Source of the DNA: an uncultured Rikenella sp.
GTDB lineage: Bacteria > Bacteroidota > Bacteroidia > Bacteroidales > VadinHA17
Reading direction: 5' to 3'
NCBI GenBank assembly: GCA_964411345.1
Contig: CAYPKP010000002.1
Coordinates: 67,312 to 131,311, forward strand
DNA: 64,000 nt
Under the pieces are notes generated by a model. That model was not told the DNA's origin, did no database searches, and saw only the letters and a list, made by a program, of their open reading frames with translations. This document shows, one piece after another, positions 61,924 to 64,000 of the stretch (its first letter is position 1; the number at the start of each line of letters is the position of its first letter). Made by a program: the position numbers and the translations under genes.

Positions 61924-63198
61924 ATGGCAAGAGAAGGAAAAAGCCACATGACGGCAGAGTGGATGAAGCTCGACAATGCTGCCAAGATCTATCCTGCCAT
62001 CACAGGGTCTGAACTGACGGGCGTTTTCCGCATCTCTGTGTGGCTCACCTCGCCCGTAAACCTGCCTGCACTGAAAAAAGCCTCGGAGGATGCCTCCTCT
62101 GTTTTTCCCCTCTTCAGCGTTGAGCTGTGCAAGGGTTTTTTCTGGTATTACCTCGAATACAATGGCATGGCTCCCAGGGTTATGGCCGACACCGGACCGC
62201 GGTGCCAGCCTTTTCCGCGTACCATGAACGGGGAACTGGTGTACCGTGTGCTGGCACGGGATAATATCATCTCTGTGGAGTTCTTTCATATTCTCACTGA
62301 CGGTGGCGGTGCACTTTTCTTTCTCAAGACGCTGCTGAACCTCTATTTTAAAGAAGCCTGCGGGATATCCGAGGTGCCCTTCCCGGAGGTAAGCGGGGGG
62401 CCCCTTCCGGGCAGCAGCGATGATATGTTCTCCAAAATATATGGCAAAGGCATGCCCAGTCCCCGGGTGCTGCCACGGGCATGGCATCTCCCCTTTCCGC
62501 TAAGGAAAACTCCGCGTTTCAGGGTGACGGAGCTTGCGGTGCCGGCCGACAGGCTTGCGGCACTCACACGGGAGTCAGGCTGCACCATCACTGAATACCT
62601 GGCCTCGGTGCACCTGTTCGTACTTCAGGAGATACGCCATGAGACAGGAAAAGGATCACCCTATATAAGGGTCCAGGTGCCGTTTGACCTGCGCAGGAGA
62701 TATGACTCACCTACACTCCGCAATTTCTCACTCTTCGCCATGCCTGAGATAGACATCCGCCTGGGCCACTATACTTTTGAAGAGATACTCAGGGAGGTAC
62801 AGATCACCATGAAGATCATGACTGACGAGAAGAGGATCAGGCAGGTGATAAGCCGCAATGTATCCAAGGAAAAGAATGCCCTCATCAGGATCATCCCTCT
62901 TTTTATCAAGAGCCCCGTACTGAGGTTTGCCTATAACAGGTTCGGACCCAGCCAGTTCACCAGCACTATCACCAACATGGGGAGGGTGACCCCCGCAGGT
63001 CCTGCGGCAGAGCTGATGCAGGCCATGTCAGTAACCCCGCCCCCGCCCCACAGGGAGATAAAAATCACTGCCGGACTGATAACCCTCGGAACCAATGCAA
63101 TCATTACCTTTGGGACCATCACTGACAACACCGAACTGCAACAGCGATACATAAGGAAGCTCACGGCCGCAGGAGTGCCGGTGAAGCTTCTGCAATAA
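61924..63198 (+). CDS. HxxxDG acyltransferase-like protein (condensation/alcohol-acetyltransferase superfamily), function unknown
   Basis: EFFHILTDGGGALFFLKTLL carries the HxxxDG catalytic motif of CAT/condensation/WS-DGAT-type acyltransferases. 424 aa (alternative ATG at 61948). No signal peptide. Confidence 0.55.
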   Translation: MAREGKSHMTAEWMKLDNAAKIYPAITGSELTGVFRISVWLTSPVNLPALKKASEDASSVFPLFSVELCKGFFWYYLEYNGMAPRVMADTGPRCQPFPRTMNGELVYRVLARDNIISVEFFHILTDGGGALFFLKTLLNLYFKEACGISEVPFPEVSGGPLPGSSDDMFSKIYGKGMPSPRVLPRAWHLPFPLRKTPRFRVTELAVPADRLAALTRESGCTITEYLASVHLFVLQEIRHETGKGSPYIRVQVPFDLRRRYDSPTLRNFSLFAMPEIDIRLGHYTFEEILREVQITMKIMTDEKRIRQVISRNVSKEKNALIRIIPLFIKSPVLRFAYNRFGPSQFTSTITNMGRVTPAGPAAELMQAMSVTPPPPHREIKITAGLITLGTNAIITFGTITDNTELQQRYIRKLTAAGVPVKLLQ

Positions 63199-63213
63199 CC
63201 AATGAACTGAACT

Positions 63214-63897
63214 ATGGCAATATGCAAGAACTGCGGAGTGGACCTCGGAGAAGGAAATGAGAGATGCCCTCTCTGTGAGCCCTCAGACGAAGCAGCCGGA
63301 AGCATGGCATCACCCGCAGACCTTTTCAGACTCTCCAGGATTCAGAATGCAAGACACCTCTACGAGATAATCATGCTGCTCCTTGTCTCCGGCGTCATTA
63401 TCACAACAGCCATTGACGCTGCCTTCGGGAAGGGAATGGGATGGTCTCTCCTGACTGCAACATGCCTGGGTTACCTCATAGCACTGGTGTCAGGCTTCTG
63501 GTTCCTCAGGAAAAACCCCTATTACATGATCTCGGCAACGGCACTCTTTACGCTGCTATTCCTCTGGCTCATCGATATGCTTACCGGAGATACTGAGTGG
63601 TTCTTCCCGATGGCCTGCCCCCTGGTAATATCGGGTGCCGTTCTCTCAGCAGCAGTGATTTATTTCAACTCCTTCTCCAGGTACAGGGGTCTGAACCTGC
63701 TGGCCACAATTCTCATGGCACTGGCTCTGTTTGTACTCATGACCGAATATCTGACCGACAGGATCAGATCATCACAATTTTCTCCGTCATGGTCACTGGT
63801 TGCTGCAGCCTCACTGGTAATCATCGCCATGATCTTCATATTCATACATTACAGGTTGAAGCGGGGCCACAGCCTCGGCCGCATGTTCCACATATGA
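63214..63897 (+). CDS. zinc-ribbon membrane protein of unknown function
   Basis: N-terminal CKNCG...CPLCE (CxxC...CxxC zinc ribbon) followed by about 5 hydrophobic TM segments. It starts 15 nt after the acyltransferase-like gene. Confidence 0.6.
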   Translation: MAICKNCGVDLGEGNERCPLCEPSDEAAGSMASPADLFRLSRIQNARHLYEIIMLLLVSGVIITTAIDAAFGKGMGWSLLTATCLGYLIALVSGFWFLRKNPYYMISATALFTLLFLWLIDMLTGDTEWFFPMACPLVISGAVLSAAVIYFNSFSRYRGLNLLATILMALALFVLMTEYLTDRIRSSQFSPSWSLVAAASLVIIAMIFIFIHYRLKRGHSLGRMFHI

Positions 63898-64000
63898 TGA
63901 AAAGAGATTTAACAGCAACAGTTGCCGGACTCATAATTTCATTGAGCCTCTTCTCGCAGCAGATCAAAACCCCTGAAGAGTTCCTTGGCCATGCCCCCGG
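63894..64000 (+). CDS. secreted protein, N-terminal fragment (runs off the right edge)
   Basis: ATGATGA overlap with the preceding stop (ATG 63894-63896, TGA 63895-63897). Translation MMKRDLTATVAGLIISLSLFSQQIKTPEEFLGHAP is a signal peptide. No stop before the window end. Confidence 0.5.
   Translation, partial: MMKRDLTATVAGLIISLSLFSQQIKTPEEFLGHAP

Overview
Bacteroidota-like chromosomal segment, judged from a SusC/SusD pair, lipoprotein-rich glycoside hydrolases, a T9SS C-terminal sorting domain and TAnnTTTG-type -7 boxes in intergenic DNA. I saw no rRNA, tRNA, CRISPR array, transposase or integrase. Layout: (i) 1-10.3 kb is miscellaneous/housekeeping: truncated lipoprotein, OM beta-barrel, nucleotide-sugar dehydrogenase, Tat-dienelactone hydrolase, sulfatase-maturase-like radical SAM enzyme, thrC, thrB and a secreted CotH-family protein. 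(ii) 10.3-45.3 kb is one 35-kb block of 17 genes, all on the minus strand, that reads as a beta-1,3-glucan (laminarin-type) polysaccharide utilisation locus. Its order is regulator - susC - susD - PKD lipoprotein | regulator - GH-A/beta-barrel-like fusion - 1330-aa multi-module lipoprotein - GH16 - GPH/MFS importer - GH17 - GH30 - GH17 - 1154-aa GH94-clan phosphorylase-like protein | GH3 - GH16 - GH30. (iii) 45.3-64 kb is housekeeping: NapH-like polyferredoxin, pdaD, nrfHA, GH35, PiT + DUF47, beta-CASP MBL hydrolase, two NhaD/ArsB-type permeases, RRM protein, aminopeptidase P, DPP-IV, and an HxxxDG acyltransferase-like protein with a zinc-ribbon membrane partner. The items most worth a second look are: the 1048-aa protein fusing a clan GH-A catalytic domain to a ~600-aa C-terminal region that looks like an outer-membrane beta-barrel; the two paralogous propeller/Y_Y_Y-TM-LuxR regulators that lack kinase and receiver modules; the GGATTA-type repeat array and shared promoter-like element associated with those regulators; the cytoplasmic branch (MFS, two signal-less GH17, large phosphorylase-like protein); and a near-perfect 519-nt in-frame tandem duplication inside the multi-module surface protein. 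All family calls rest on motifs read by eye plus gene context. No database search was run.
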